A stretch of 64,000 nucleotides of DNA from a virus (taxonomy: Duplodnaviria; Caudoviricetes), in IMG/VR virus record IMGVR_UViG_3300021431_000075, positions 1 through 64,000 of that record, one strand, 5' to 3'. A model generated the notes under the pieces. That model was given only the letters and a program-made list of their open reading frames with translations. It had not been told where the DNA came from and made no database searches. The position numbers and the translations under genes were made by a program. Numbering within the stretch: position 1 is the first letter of the stretch; the number at the start of each line of letters is the position of its first letter. This document shows, piece by piece, positions 55,741 to 64,000 of this stretch.

Positions 55741-56535
55741 ATGAGCTGGGGAACAGTTGTTCAGACAGTAGGTTTATGGTATCAGAAGAACATCCACAAC
55801 TATAATCAGGGACAGTACTCGTCTTGCTCGATTGCCAACACCGGCAAGGTAAGACATGACTGCTCCGGATTCGTCAGCGCATGTCTCCGTGCCGCCGGAA
55901 TCATCAGTCCGACTTCAATATACAGAAGCGGCGATTTCCTGATGAACGGCGCGGCTGCCGCATCCCTGCGCAGAGCGGGATTCTATCCGATGACTTATTC
56001 ATACAGCCTGCTACAGCCGTTCGACATCATAGCATACAACGGTCATGTCGAAATCTATGCCGGAAAGCAGAACGGCGCGGACCGGTCATGGTCTTGGGGT
56101 TCATGCCATGACGGATTGAACGGCAGGTCCGGAATGCCAGCATATATGGCTGCGAAGACAAGATACGTCACGATATGGAGAGTCGGCGGAACAGCGCCTC
56201 CAATCTCGACTCCGTTCATGAACACTCCGTTCATCCCGTCCGCTGGATATGGCGGAGCTATGAACTTCAACAGCGCAGATACGGCAAACTATGCATCATA
56301 CGACTCGACGATAGACGGAAACATATTTGCATCGGCAGTCCAGAACTCATTCACGCCGACTACGACAAGCGTAATGAATGCTGATGCAGGCGGAGAACAC
56401 AGAACAAGAATATACTCTGCATCGAACCGAACAATAACAATCGACGAACTGTCAGTTCCAATCAACGAAGGGGACATCAGCACAGAAACAGCGGAAAATG
56501 ACATCAATGAGTCGGAAACCGCTTCAAGAGTTTAA
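55741..56535 (+). CDS. NlpC/P60-like peptidoglycan hydrolase with C-terminal module
   Basis: DCSGFVSACL and GHVEIY catalytic motifs. Confidence 0.85.
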   Translation: MSWGTVVQTVGLWYQKNIHNYNQGQYSSCSIANTGKVRHDCSGFVSACLRAAGIISPTSIYRSGDFLMNGAAAASLRRAGFYPMTYSYSLLQPFDIIAYNGHVEIYAGKQNGADRSWSWGSCHDGLNGRSGMPAYMAAKTRYVTIWRVGGTAPPISTPFMNTPFIPSAGYGGAMNFNSADTANYASYDSTIDGNIFASAVQNSFTPTTTSVMNADAGGEHRTRIYSASNRTITIDELSVPINEGDISTETAENDINESETASRV

Positions 56536-56537
56536 AG

Positions 56538-56566
56538 AGAGAGAATTGCGTTTTGCAATTCTCTCT
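56538..56566. terminator. Bidirectional intrinsic terminator
   Basis: agagagaattgc-gtttt-gcaattctctct. Confidence 0.8.
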
Positions 56567-56572
56567 TCATCT

Positions 56573-57823
56573 TTATTTGAAACCGAATTTTGAAAGACAT
56601 CTGGTTATAGTTGCATCATCAGCATATTTGCTTTCGCTGTTGCATATCTGGTCAACCATATCCTGTTTCTGTTCCTGAGTGACATTCAAGTTATTCTTGA
56701 CAAAACTCAGCATCCTTGTTATAGATTCTTCTGTGTGTTCATAGTCAATGACACAAACGATAGCAACATATTCCTTTATATCATTAAAAACAGTTCCACG
56801 AAGATACAGATAAAGCACATTCGTGTCTTTTGGAAAAACATCATAAACATCTCTGCTTAATTGAACAGCCTTGACAAGAACATTGTTATTTCTTATCCTG
56901 TTCATCGTCCTGTCGCACAAATCCTGCATAACATCAACATCGACTCCTGTATTTTTCCTCAAAACAGCAAGTTCCAGTCGCTGATTCTCGTTGTTATATG
57001 ACGCATCAAATGCGACTTTATGAACAGGCTCCACAAACAGCACCCTGTCAAAATTACAATTCGGCTTCATGCGGACATCCGTCAGCATGTGTTTTTCATT
57101 AATATAAACCGAGTGGTTTTCTCCGCAAAATTGATGATAATAACCTTTATATGTATAACTCCGAACAAGATATTGTCCCAAACCTCCTGTACCGAAATAA
57201 GTGAACAGCCTATATGCTTTTGAAGTCAAATATCTGGACTTTGCATTTCTATAATCATAATCAAAACTAAACCCGGTATATGTCGCACTCGAATCTCGGT
57301 TAACATTACCAACAATACCAAACCCGTCTATATCAAGTTTTGTACCGTATATTTTTTTCAAACTGTGAATATTTTTTTCCAAATCGTCAAAGAACCGGAC
57401 AACCTCTTCATATCTCATATGACACTTCAATCTAACATAGAAATAAAAAACTTGCGTTGAAGGTTTTTCAAGTTGTTCTAAAGTGGCATAAGAGTGATAT
57501 ACAATACCCCCCAATTCCAACTTGTTATACTTATCTTTTGATTCTATATCCGTATCAACAGTCAGAACTATCTTTGAATACTCATATATGCTGAATTTAC
57601 TATCGAGCAAGGAACATAAGCATCTTGCAGCATACTCGACCTTGTAATTAAGGTCGTCTATGCTGTCATGTGAAATGGAAATATGGACTGACAATATAGC
57701 ATCATAGTCGTCATCATGCGGAAAGTCATCTACAAACAATCCGTCATTCGCATTATCATCAACAACTTCTTCAACATCAACAGAAGAAAGCATATCCTCG
57801 TTTATCGTCAACAACTTACTCAT
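56573..57823 (-). CDS. Leader-family hypothetical protein
   Basis: INEDMLSSVDVEEV leader. Confidence 0.75.
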   Translation of the reverse strand: MSKLLTINEDMLSSVDVEEVVDDNANDGLFVDDFPHDDDYDAILSVHISISHDSIDDLNYKVEYAARCLCSLLDSKFSIYEYSKIVLTVDTDIESKDKYNKLELGGIVYHSYATLEQLEKPSTQVFYFYVRLKCHMRYEEVVRFFDDLEKNIHSLKKIYGTKLDIDGFGIVGNVNRDSSATYTGFSFDYDYRNAKSRYLTSKAYRLFTYFGTGGLGQYLVRSYTYKGYYHQFCGENHSVYINEKHMLTDVRMKPNCNFDRVLFVEPVHKVAFDASYNNENQRLELAVLRKNTGVDVDVMQDLCDRTMNRIRNNNVLVKAVQLSRDVYDVFPKDTNVLYLYLRGTVFNDIKEYVAIVCVIDYEHTEESITRMLSFVKNNLNVTQEQKQDMVDQICNSESKYADDATITRCLSKFGFK

Positions 57824-59067
57824 TTGTTATCATTGCTCAATTTTCTATATAGTTCTCCTCTAAAGCCCGGTTCTTTTGCATAAATCGAAGAAATGACAAA
57901 ATCAACAAAATTACGCTTTATCTCATCATTGTTTTCAGAAAGCATGAACGGCTTTACGAATCTTGCAACTTCATCAACCCTGGCGTCACAGCTCAATTCA
58001 ACAGCAACAATGTAGAAAACCTCACAACCATCATCCATCAACGTGTTCGGAATCAAATATGCAACAGCGATAGAGTCTTCAAGAGAAACATCAAAAACAA
58101 ATGAAAAGAAAACAGGCTGCCTGTATGTTCTGATAACTTTACCAAGACGTTCTCTGATTGCATTTTTGTCAGATATTTCTTCTTGAGACTTTAAATATCT
58201 AACATCCAGTTCAGTACATGCGACTTTATCATTCATCACAATTGATTCAAGAACATCCTTAGTTAATGAATGATAACCGAAAGGCTTTCTTGATTGTTTA
58301 TGCTGCAGCATGTCAAGCGGTCTTGACAAACACCAGAACGGGCACATATTCATAAAGGACTCTATAACTGGAAACTTGCCGCCGTTATTCTCTGCAAAAA
58401 TCTTCAGCAATGAAGGAAATATCTGCTCGTTCTCCGGGATGAGCATCCGAATCGTGTCGTACAATTCTACATTATATCTGTCAAGTTCAATAAACTTGGT
58501 GAATTTTGTTCGATGAGTATCATGATCCACTTTAATGATCTTGAATTTTATTGCCTCAAGATTTCCACCAAACAGCCCTGTGTACAATCCAAACTTCTGC
58601 AAGAACCTGTATACTTCCCTGGGATTCATAAAGTTCGAATTGAATCCGACATTCATCATAGATTCAAAACGCCAGTTCATTCTCGCCCAGTTCAAATCTT
58701 TATCCAGTTCATTTGGTTTTCCATTCAATGCATTGTCAAGATATTCTTCAGACGGGACACACTCTTCAATCAGCATCGGAGAAATGATAGCGCAGGAATA
58801 GTCGTCAATCGCCATCGTGCTTCCGAATATCCGTTCTGTTGCGTTATTAAGAATCTTGCGACCGGTAGAAGTGTCAAGAATATCAAACAAACTCTCATAT
58901 ATATTTCCGTTAAATGTACGATTTCCGTTCTTATTCTTCCAATGCAAAAGAATACAAAAGACATAATCATAAGAATCATAAAAACTCTTATAACCATTGT
59001 CGCTATCAGAAACATCTTCAACTTCGACCTCTCCGAACAGATTTTCATTCAATATACCTGTATGCAT
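57820..59067 (-). CDS. Leader-family hypothetical protein
   Basis: LNENLFGEVEVEDV leader. Confidence 0.75.
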   Translation of the reverse strand: MHTGILNENLFGEVEVEDVSDSDNGYKSFYDSYDYVFCILLHWKNKNGNRTFNGNIYESLFDILDTSTGRKILNNATERIFGSTMAIDDYSCAIISPMLIEECVPSEEYLDNALNGKPNELDKDLNWARMNWRFESMMNVGFNSNFMNPREVYRFLQKFGLYTGLFGGNLEAIKFKIIKVDHDTHRTKFTKFIELDRYNVELYDTIRMLIPENEQIFPSLLKIFAENNGGKFPVIESFMNMCPFWCLSRPLDMLQHKQSRKPFGYHSLTKDVLESIVMNDKVACTELDVRYLKSQEEISDKNAIRERLGKVIRTYRQPVFFSFVFDVSLEDSIAVAYLIPNTLMDDGCEVFYIVAVELSCDARVDEVARFVKPFMLSENNDEIKRNFVDFVISSIYAKEPGFRGELYRKLSNDNK

Positions 59068-60530
59068 TTGTAATACAAAAGATCGTCTATTTTTTTATTA
59101 TTTTTACACCAGCCGTACACAAAGTTTCCATGACGATCAAGAACATCATACTCTTCTTTATCATTGTAAACAACGAAAAAGTCATTCCTATCGTGCCGTT
59201 TACAATCTTCATTGAACCAGACAGAATTGAACCAGACGTCACTCAAATAGCCATTCTCCATATTGAAGATTCTCGCTTTCCTATTCTTCTCAACCATCAC
59301 AAACATGCCATCTGGAGTTGATGGAACGTCTTCTTCCACTCGGTCAAACCACTCGTCAGAAACAACTTTGCCATCGATTCCAATATAATTCCATCTCTTA
59401 TTGCCATTGATTATTTTTAGAACCAATACATAACTTGTATGAAAACCCAGATCGTAAACATCGTTTTGACTTATCAAATCAAACCAATCTTTCGATAGAA
59501 GTTTGAACGACTTGGTAATAATGTTATATGCCGGCTGCTTTTCTCTCTTTATGAGTGCAAAGTCTCCTATAAACGCTGTTGCTTCTTCAAATGCAACTCT
59601 AACAATAGGCTTTCCATCCACATCAATATAGACATATTTGCCATCAGTCGGTCTCCTAACGACAGCAATGCCGTCATAGAATCCGCTTGCTTTCAAAAAC
59701 CAGATATTCGGAAGCATCACAGATTTATCCTTGACATAATTAAAATAACCACCAAAATAAACAACATCTCTTTTTTTGGCATTATCTTTTATATAATCAA
59801 AACCGAGGGCATTCTTGGTCTTGGCATCTTGAACGGCAAGTCTCGCATTCATCTCCATCGTCAATAGATGAAACCACTCATTCATCCCAAAGTCTCTTCC
59901 AGTAACAGCTTCATAGAATCCCTGCAAGTTGATTTCAGGAATAGCTTCAGTCTTAATCAAAAAGAGCGTATTGTTGCTGTACATCTTATTGAACTCGTCA
60001 CGACTCAAGTCATATTCAGAGAATGCGGTCATATAATTGACCTGAAATGAGAAGTTTTTTCCAAACGTGTTAAAAATCTTCCATACGAAACTGACCGCGC
60101 TCCTGATACTTACTTGTTCTCGTTTTATTCCAAAGACAGCCAGCAACTCCCGACTTCCAATATATTGTCTGACGGAATCGCCAAAATTTGTATATATTTT
60201 CACTCCGGAAACTTCAAACTGACGAAACGTTTCAAGCATTCGAACAACATTATTCACATAAGGCGAAAAATTAGAAGATTCCAATAAACCGAAAAACTTG
60301 TATTCATAAAAACTCGTAGTCATATCAACAATATTAACAAGGTCGGTAAATTCTCTGGAACCAATGATTCTCTCATAAAAATCAAATCTTTCCTCTGAAC
60401 CTTTTGCAGAACAATCAATATGGACACACAGAATGAAATCATAATTTCTGACATCATTCTCGTCAATGCCAGAATCATCCAGAACGTCATCAAGCTCAAT
60501 TTCAGTCAACAGACTGTTTTGCTCTTTCAT
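59049..60530 (-). CDS. WG/KWG beta-repeat protein
   Basis: Start moved to ATG 60530 behind GATAAATA at 60557-60564; leader SLLTEIELDDV. Confidence 0.8.
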   Translation of the reverse strand: MKEQNSLLTEIELDDVLDDSGIDENDVRNYDFILCVHIDCSAKGSEERFDFYERIIGSREFTDLVNIVDMTTSFYEYKFFGLLESSNFSPYVNNVVRMLETFRQFEVSGVKIYTNFGDSVRQYIGSRELLAVFGIKREQVSIRSAVSFVWKIFNTFGKNFSFQVNYMTAFSEYDLSRDEFNKMYSNNTLFLIKTEAIPEINLQGFYEAVTGRDFGMNEWFHLLTMEMNARLAVQDAKTKNALGFDYIKDNAKKRDVVYFGGYFNYVKDKSVMLPNIWFLKASGFYDGIAVVRRPTDGKYVYIDVDGKPIVRVAFEEATAFIGDFALIKREKQPAYNIITKSFKLLSKDWFDLISQNDVYDLGFHTSYVLVLKIINGNKRWNYIGIDGKVVSDEWFDRVEEDVPSTPDGMFVMVEKNRKARIFNMENGYLSDVWFNSVWFNEDCKRHDRNDFFVVYNDKEEYDVLDRHGNFVYGWCKNNKKIDDLLYYKCIQVY

Positions 60531-60601
60531 TAAAAACGAAAAAACCAAGATTTTTGTATTTATCTTAATTAAGCGTTTTTTTAGCAAATCACAAACAATC
60601 A

Positions 60602-62326
60602 TCAATCATATACAAATGCAAGTCCCGTATCCTCGATATTGACTAACTCGCCAGTCTCTTTATTAAAAACATTCCCAGAATAGTCAACTGCATAATCATG
60701 ATAACTAACGCCACAATAATGTCCATAGGTGTACTCCGACAACCAAATCAACCAGAACTTCAATAACTTTTTGCCGTTAACATCCATATAGTTATAATAC
60801 GCGACACCATTGAACTTCTTTGCCACAAGAATGCGTCCGGAAACAAAACCTTCAGTTGACGGTATTATCGTCCTGTCGTTGATTATCTTCTTTCCGTCAT
60901 AGCCAACAAAATCAAGTCCTTCTGAATCATAAACAATCGCGCGGCCGCACTTAAACTTATGGATACTATAGAACCAGTCCTTGCATAACATGTTTCCATT
61001 CCGGTCCATAAGGTTAAAATTACCATCCGAATCTTGCACTCTCATAGATTCACATCCCTTGGATGAACCGGAATCCTGACTCAAATCACAAATATAAATT
61101 TCGCTGATTTCTTTATCAAAGATAAGTTTCCTGTCAGACTTCCGGAAAACATTCTTGCGCTTATTGAGATATTCAACAATAAGCAAGTCTGGAAACTCGT
61201 CGGAAGAAACAATTTTTTCACAACGCTCGTCAAGCACTGCATTGAAATCTCTATCAATGATATTGCTTGTTCTCTGATATGTTCCATCAAGATACGAAAC
61301 AACCGCAAATCCATTATCAAATTCCGAATCAACACAATAGAACGACTCTTTGCATGCTCTTTTTCCGCTCTTATCAATAAAAGTCCATCCCGATTTTGGA
61401 ACATCAACAGCAGCAACACCTTCTGAAAATAACCGAGCGTTCACGAACCAGCAATTCGGAACAAGAACTTCATTGTTTTCATCCACGAAATTGTACATAT
61501 CGCCAAACCTAACAATCGACAATCCGCTTTCTCCACCATCTGAAACAACGACTCCATGAACACTTTCATCTTCATTTCTGCTTTCGGAACCAAACAAACC
61601 AAGCCGCAACTCGACTTCCCTGGAAAATATAACGCTCTGTGCCTTGTTAAAGATTTCATTCGATGAATCCAAGTTCAGCAAACGCATATAGAATCTACTT
61701 ACATTTTCAGCTTGATAAAAAAGCCTGTTTTGCTCATCATCTTTGTCCCATCTAAAGTAATTACGAACGATATGTCTCATCGGATTTAGCGAACTTTTAT
61801 TTTCTAAGTCCACTTCATCAGCCTTTTGTATAGTTATTCCGTACAAATCACAACTGTTCCTTTGCTCATATATGTTGAACCCGGTCTGAAAAATCAGACG
61901 TATCATCTTATGGATAACCGAAATTTTTCTGAATGAACAATCCAGTCCGAAAATAACATATCTTGTCTGTGTATTCTTACCGCCATAGTAGTAATTGATT
62001 GGGTCGGTCCGCACGATGTTGTCACCCTTAACAAAATCAAGCAAATACAAATCAAACGTTCCGTAAACAATAAAGCAAGCGTTTATGCTCGTCACTTCGA
62101 CATTGTAATTAATGATGTCATAAACACGTTCTATCAAAATGTCAAGAGCCTTGTCATTCGGCATCCTGTCATCATTTCCCTTGACTGTCAATGAAAGAAC
62201 ATATTTGCTTGCACCCATCCTTTCGAGATCAGTACGCTCATCATTGTCATTAACCTCATCGGCATAAAGGTTGTCGAAAAGTTCCTCAGACAAGACCTTA
62301 ATCTTATTTCTTCCAGCACCAGCCAT
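60602..62326 (-). CDS. WG/KWG beta-repeat protein
   Basis: Leader LSEELFDNLYADEV; FSEGVAAV...WTFIDKSG. Confidence 0.8.
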   Translation of the reverse strand: MAGAGRNKIKVLSEELFDNLYADEVNDNDERTDLERMGASKYVLSLTVKGNDDRMPNDKALDILIERVYDIINYNVEVTSINACFIVYGTFDLYLLDFVKGDNIVRTDPINYYYGGKNTQTRYVIFGLDCSFRKISVIHKMIRLIFQTGFNIYEQRNSCDLYGITIQKADEVDLENKSSLNPMRHIVRNYFRWDKDDEQNRLFYQAENVSRFYMRLLNLDSSNEIFNKAQSVIFSREVELRLGLFGSESRNEDESVHGVVVSDGGESGLSIVRFGDMYNFVDENNEVLVPNCWFVNARLFSEGVAAVDVPKSGWTFIDKSGKRACKESFYCVDSEFDNGFAVVSYLDGTYQRTSNIIDRDFNAVLDERCEKIVSSDEFPDLLIVEYLNKRKNVFRKSDRKLIFDKEISEIYICDLSQDSGSSKGCESMRVQDSDGNFNLMDRNGNMLCKDWFYSIHKFKCGRAIVYDSEGLDFVGYDGKKIINDRTIIPSTEGFVSGRILVAKKFNGVAYYNYMDVNGKKLLKFWLIWLSEYTYGHYCGVSYHDYAVDYSGNVFNKETGELVNIEDTGLAFVYD

Positions 62327-64000
62327 TAAACATATTCAATCATTTTTCCATCAAAACCGACAGTATTCTTGCAACAACCAATTTTGACTTCTATCTTATT
62401 TTCGTCATAGTCTATATCATAACCATCAACAAAATCATCAAGAAGCAAAGTGCCGTCTGTCTTCATAAAGTTGAATTTATTATCATCATTCATAATGACA
62501 AACATCTGGGTTCTCTCATCAAACATCACACAGTCTTTAAACCAAGTGTCTGATATGATTTTTGCCGTCTTTTTATTTATAATGTTTACTTCTGATTCTG
62601 ATTTGGTTACAATACAATATTCTGCAGAATTAAGCTTGTTTTCAATCCGAACTGATGAATCAAACAAGACTTTTCCATTTCTGTCTATTACTGTATACTT
62701 GCCGTTCAGCACAACTACAGCAACATTGCCTATAAACGTTGATGTATGTTCAAACCAATCATCAGATAATAGTTCTCCGTCCGGCTTCATATAGTTCTCC
62801 TTAATATGACTCTTGTCAAAAACTCGTGCAAAACCGTTTATGAAAGATGTACCATCATATAACCATTCATCCACCAAAAGAGAGCCATCCGGCTTTAGAT
62901 AATTGATTCTGCCATCACCATCACGTCTGGCAATCTTTGCAAATCCTTCTTTAAAATCTTCACCTTCTGAAAAAACAACATCAGTTATCAAATTTCCTTT
63001 TGTATCAATATAGTTTCTCTTGCGAGCTGAAGTCTTGACATATGCAAATCCTTCTGAAAATTCTCTACATTCAATGAACCAGTCATCTGATATGTAGTTT
63101 CCATGTTCATCTATAAAATTATAAACCTTATCCTTCCTCACGCGCATAAGACCATCATGGAACTCGCCAGTCATATCGCTATTGCTATCAAACCATTCTT
63201 CCGACAACTCCTTGTTTGTTTCAAGATTGACAAAATTCACCCTATAATTCTTGTCTATTACTCTGATAAATCCGTCTTGAATCTTACCACATAAGTAATA
63301 CCATTTGTTCAGCAAGTATTTCCCGCTATAGTCCATTATATTTTCTTCGTCATTCTTGTCCACTCTGACAATTTCATTTACATCATCAATAGAAGCACCG
63401 GAATACTCTTCTCCGTTATTCAGAAATTCTCCATTTCTATTGATTACACAAACAGAATTTCGTTGTCTATCATTGACTACCAATGCACATTCTGGCACTT
63501 TGAAACAATATGCAGTTTCAAACCATTTGTTTGACAACAGTTTCCCGTCAAGACCAAGATAATTCTCTTTTCTTTCCTTATTATATACTACAGCGAAACC
63601 ATTTACAAAACTGTCTATATGTGTAAACCACATTTTGGATGGAATTTTATAGTCTTTATTAACATAGTTATATTCATTGTTTCTCTTGACGATTATATAA
63701 TCAACATCGCCAATTGTAAAATCATCGCCAGCATTGTGTATACAAACTTCATCAAACGGCTCTTTAAAAAGAGAATTGCAATCCTTATCAATGAAATTCC
63801 ATTTATTCTGTTTTGAATTTGCATCATATACATTGACACAAGCATAACCGTTCTCAAAACCACCATTCAAAACATCTTCGAAATTTTCATCTGAAATCAT
63901 ATTGCCGTTCATGTCTATAAAATTATATGCAGTCCATCCATTCTTTCTATATTCTACTAATCCATATCCTTCTTTAAAAACATGAATATCTTCAAAATCT
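62326..64000 (-). CDS. WG/KWG beta-repeat protein (5' partial)
   Basis: Frame stays open past 63912 to the window edge (DFEDIHVFKEGYGLVEY...YNFIDMNG). Confidence 0.85.
   Translation of the reverse strand, partial: DFEDIHVFKEGYGLVEYRKNGWTAYNFIDMNGNMISDENFEDVLNGGFENGYACVNVYDANSKQNKWNFIDKDCNSLFKEPFDEVCIHNAGDDFTIGDVDYIIVKRNNEYNYVNKDYKIPSKMWFTHIDSFVNGFAVVYNKERKENYLGLDGKLLSNKWFETAYCFKVPECALVVNDRQRNSVCVINRNGEFLNNGEEYSGASIDDVNEIVRVDKNDEENIMDYSGKYLLNKWYYLCGKIQDGFIRVIDKNYRVNFVNLETNKELSEEWFDSNSDMTGEFHDGLMRVRKDKVYNFIDEHGNYISDDWFIECREFSEGFAYVKTSARKRNYIDTKGNLITDVVFSEGEDFKEGFAKIARRDGDGRINYLKPDGSLLVDEWLYDGTSFINGFARVFDKSHIKENYMKPDGELLSDDWFEHTSTFIGNVAVVVLNGKYTVIDRNGKVLFDSSVRIENKLNSAEYCIVTKSESEVNIINKKTAKIISDTWFKDCVMFDERTQMFVIMNDDNKFNFMKTDGTLLLDDFVDGYDIDYDENKIEVKIGCCKNTVGFDGKMIEYV

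Noticed and set aside
1-64000. Stop-codon reassignment as in Lak or some crAss-like phages
   Set aside because: Genes are full length in the standard code, and TAG and TGA both end apparently complete genes (e.g. 15224, 43700, 45783)
1-64000. tRNA, rRNA, integrase or IS elements
   Set aside because: None recognised by eye; a tRNA/Rfam scan was not possible
1-64000. Apparent abundance of CCGG as a methyltransferase target signature
   Set aside because: Impression only; cannot be counted reliably and may reflect CCG-G and TCC-GGA codon pairs

Overview
64 kb of a large T4-like (myovirus-type, probably jumbo) phage genome in the standard genetic code. The host is probably a Bacteroidota bacterium, inferred from TAnnTTTG host-type promoters. 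Recognisable core genes are scattered rather than clustered: gp23-like major capsid protein, gp13-like neck protein, gp39/GyrB-like topoisomerase II subunit, PhoH, and a baseplate-hub-like protein. Around them are (i) six tandem paralogous fibre/decoration-like genes, (ii) about 12 WG/KWG beta-repeat proteins plus leader-sharing relatives, (iii) six glycan-related enzymes, (iv) three DNA methyltransferases, one fused to a homing-endonuclease-like nuclease, and (v) three peptidoglycan hydrolase domains. A phage promoter motif RATAAATA, often extended to ATAAATATCTTATAAT, occurs at about 28 intergenic sites. The best candidate for an undescribed system is a leader-peptide-addressed cargo system. 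Portable N-terminal leaders containing a T4 gp21-like (L/I)-x-E site are fused to unrelated cargo domains. Within the WG array, the paralogs behind the phage promoter keep that site and those behind the host promoter lack it. Other leads are a C-terminal module shared by two unrelated lysins, TonB-box-like motifs in the hub protein, [DN]-x-S-rich virion proteins alongside glycosyltransferases, and three ORF-free structured RNA candidates. All functional calls come from motif recognition by eye; no database searches were run.
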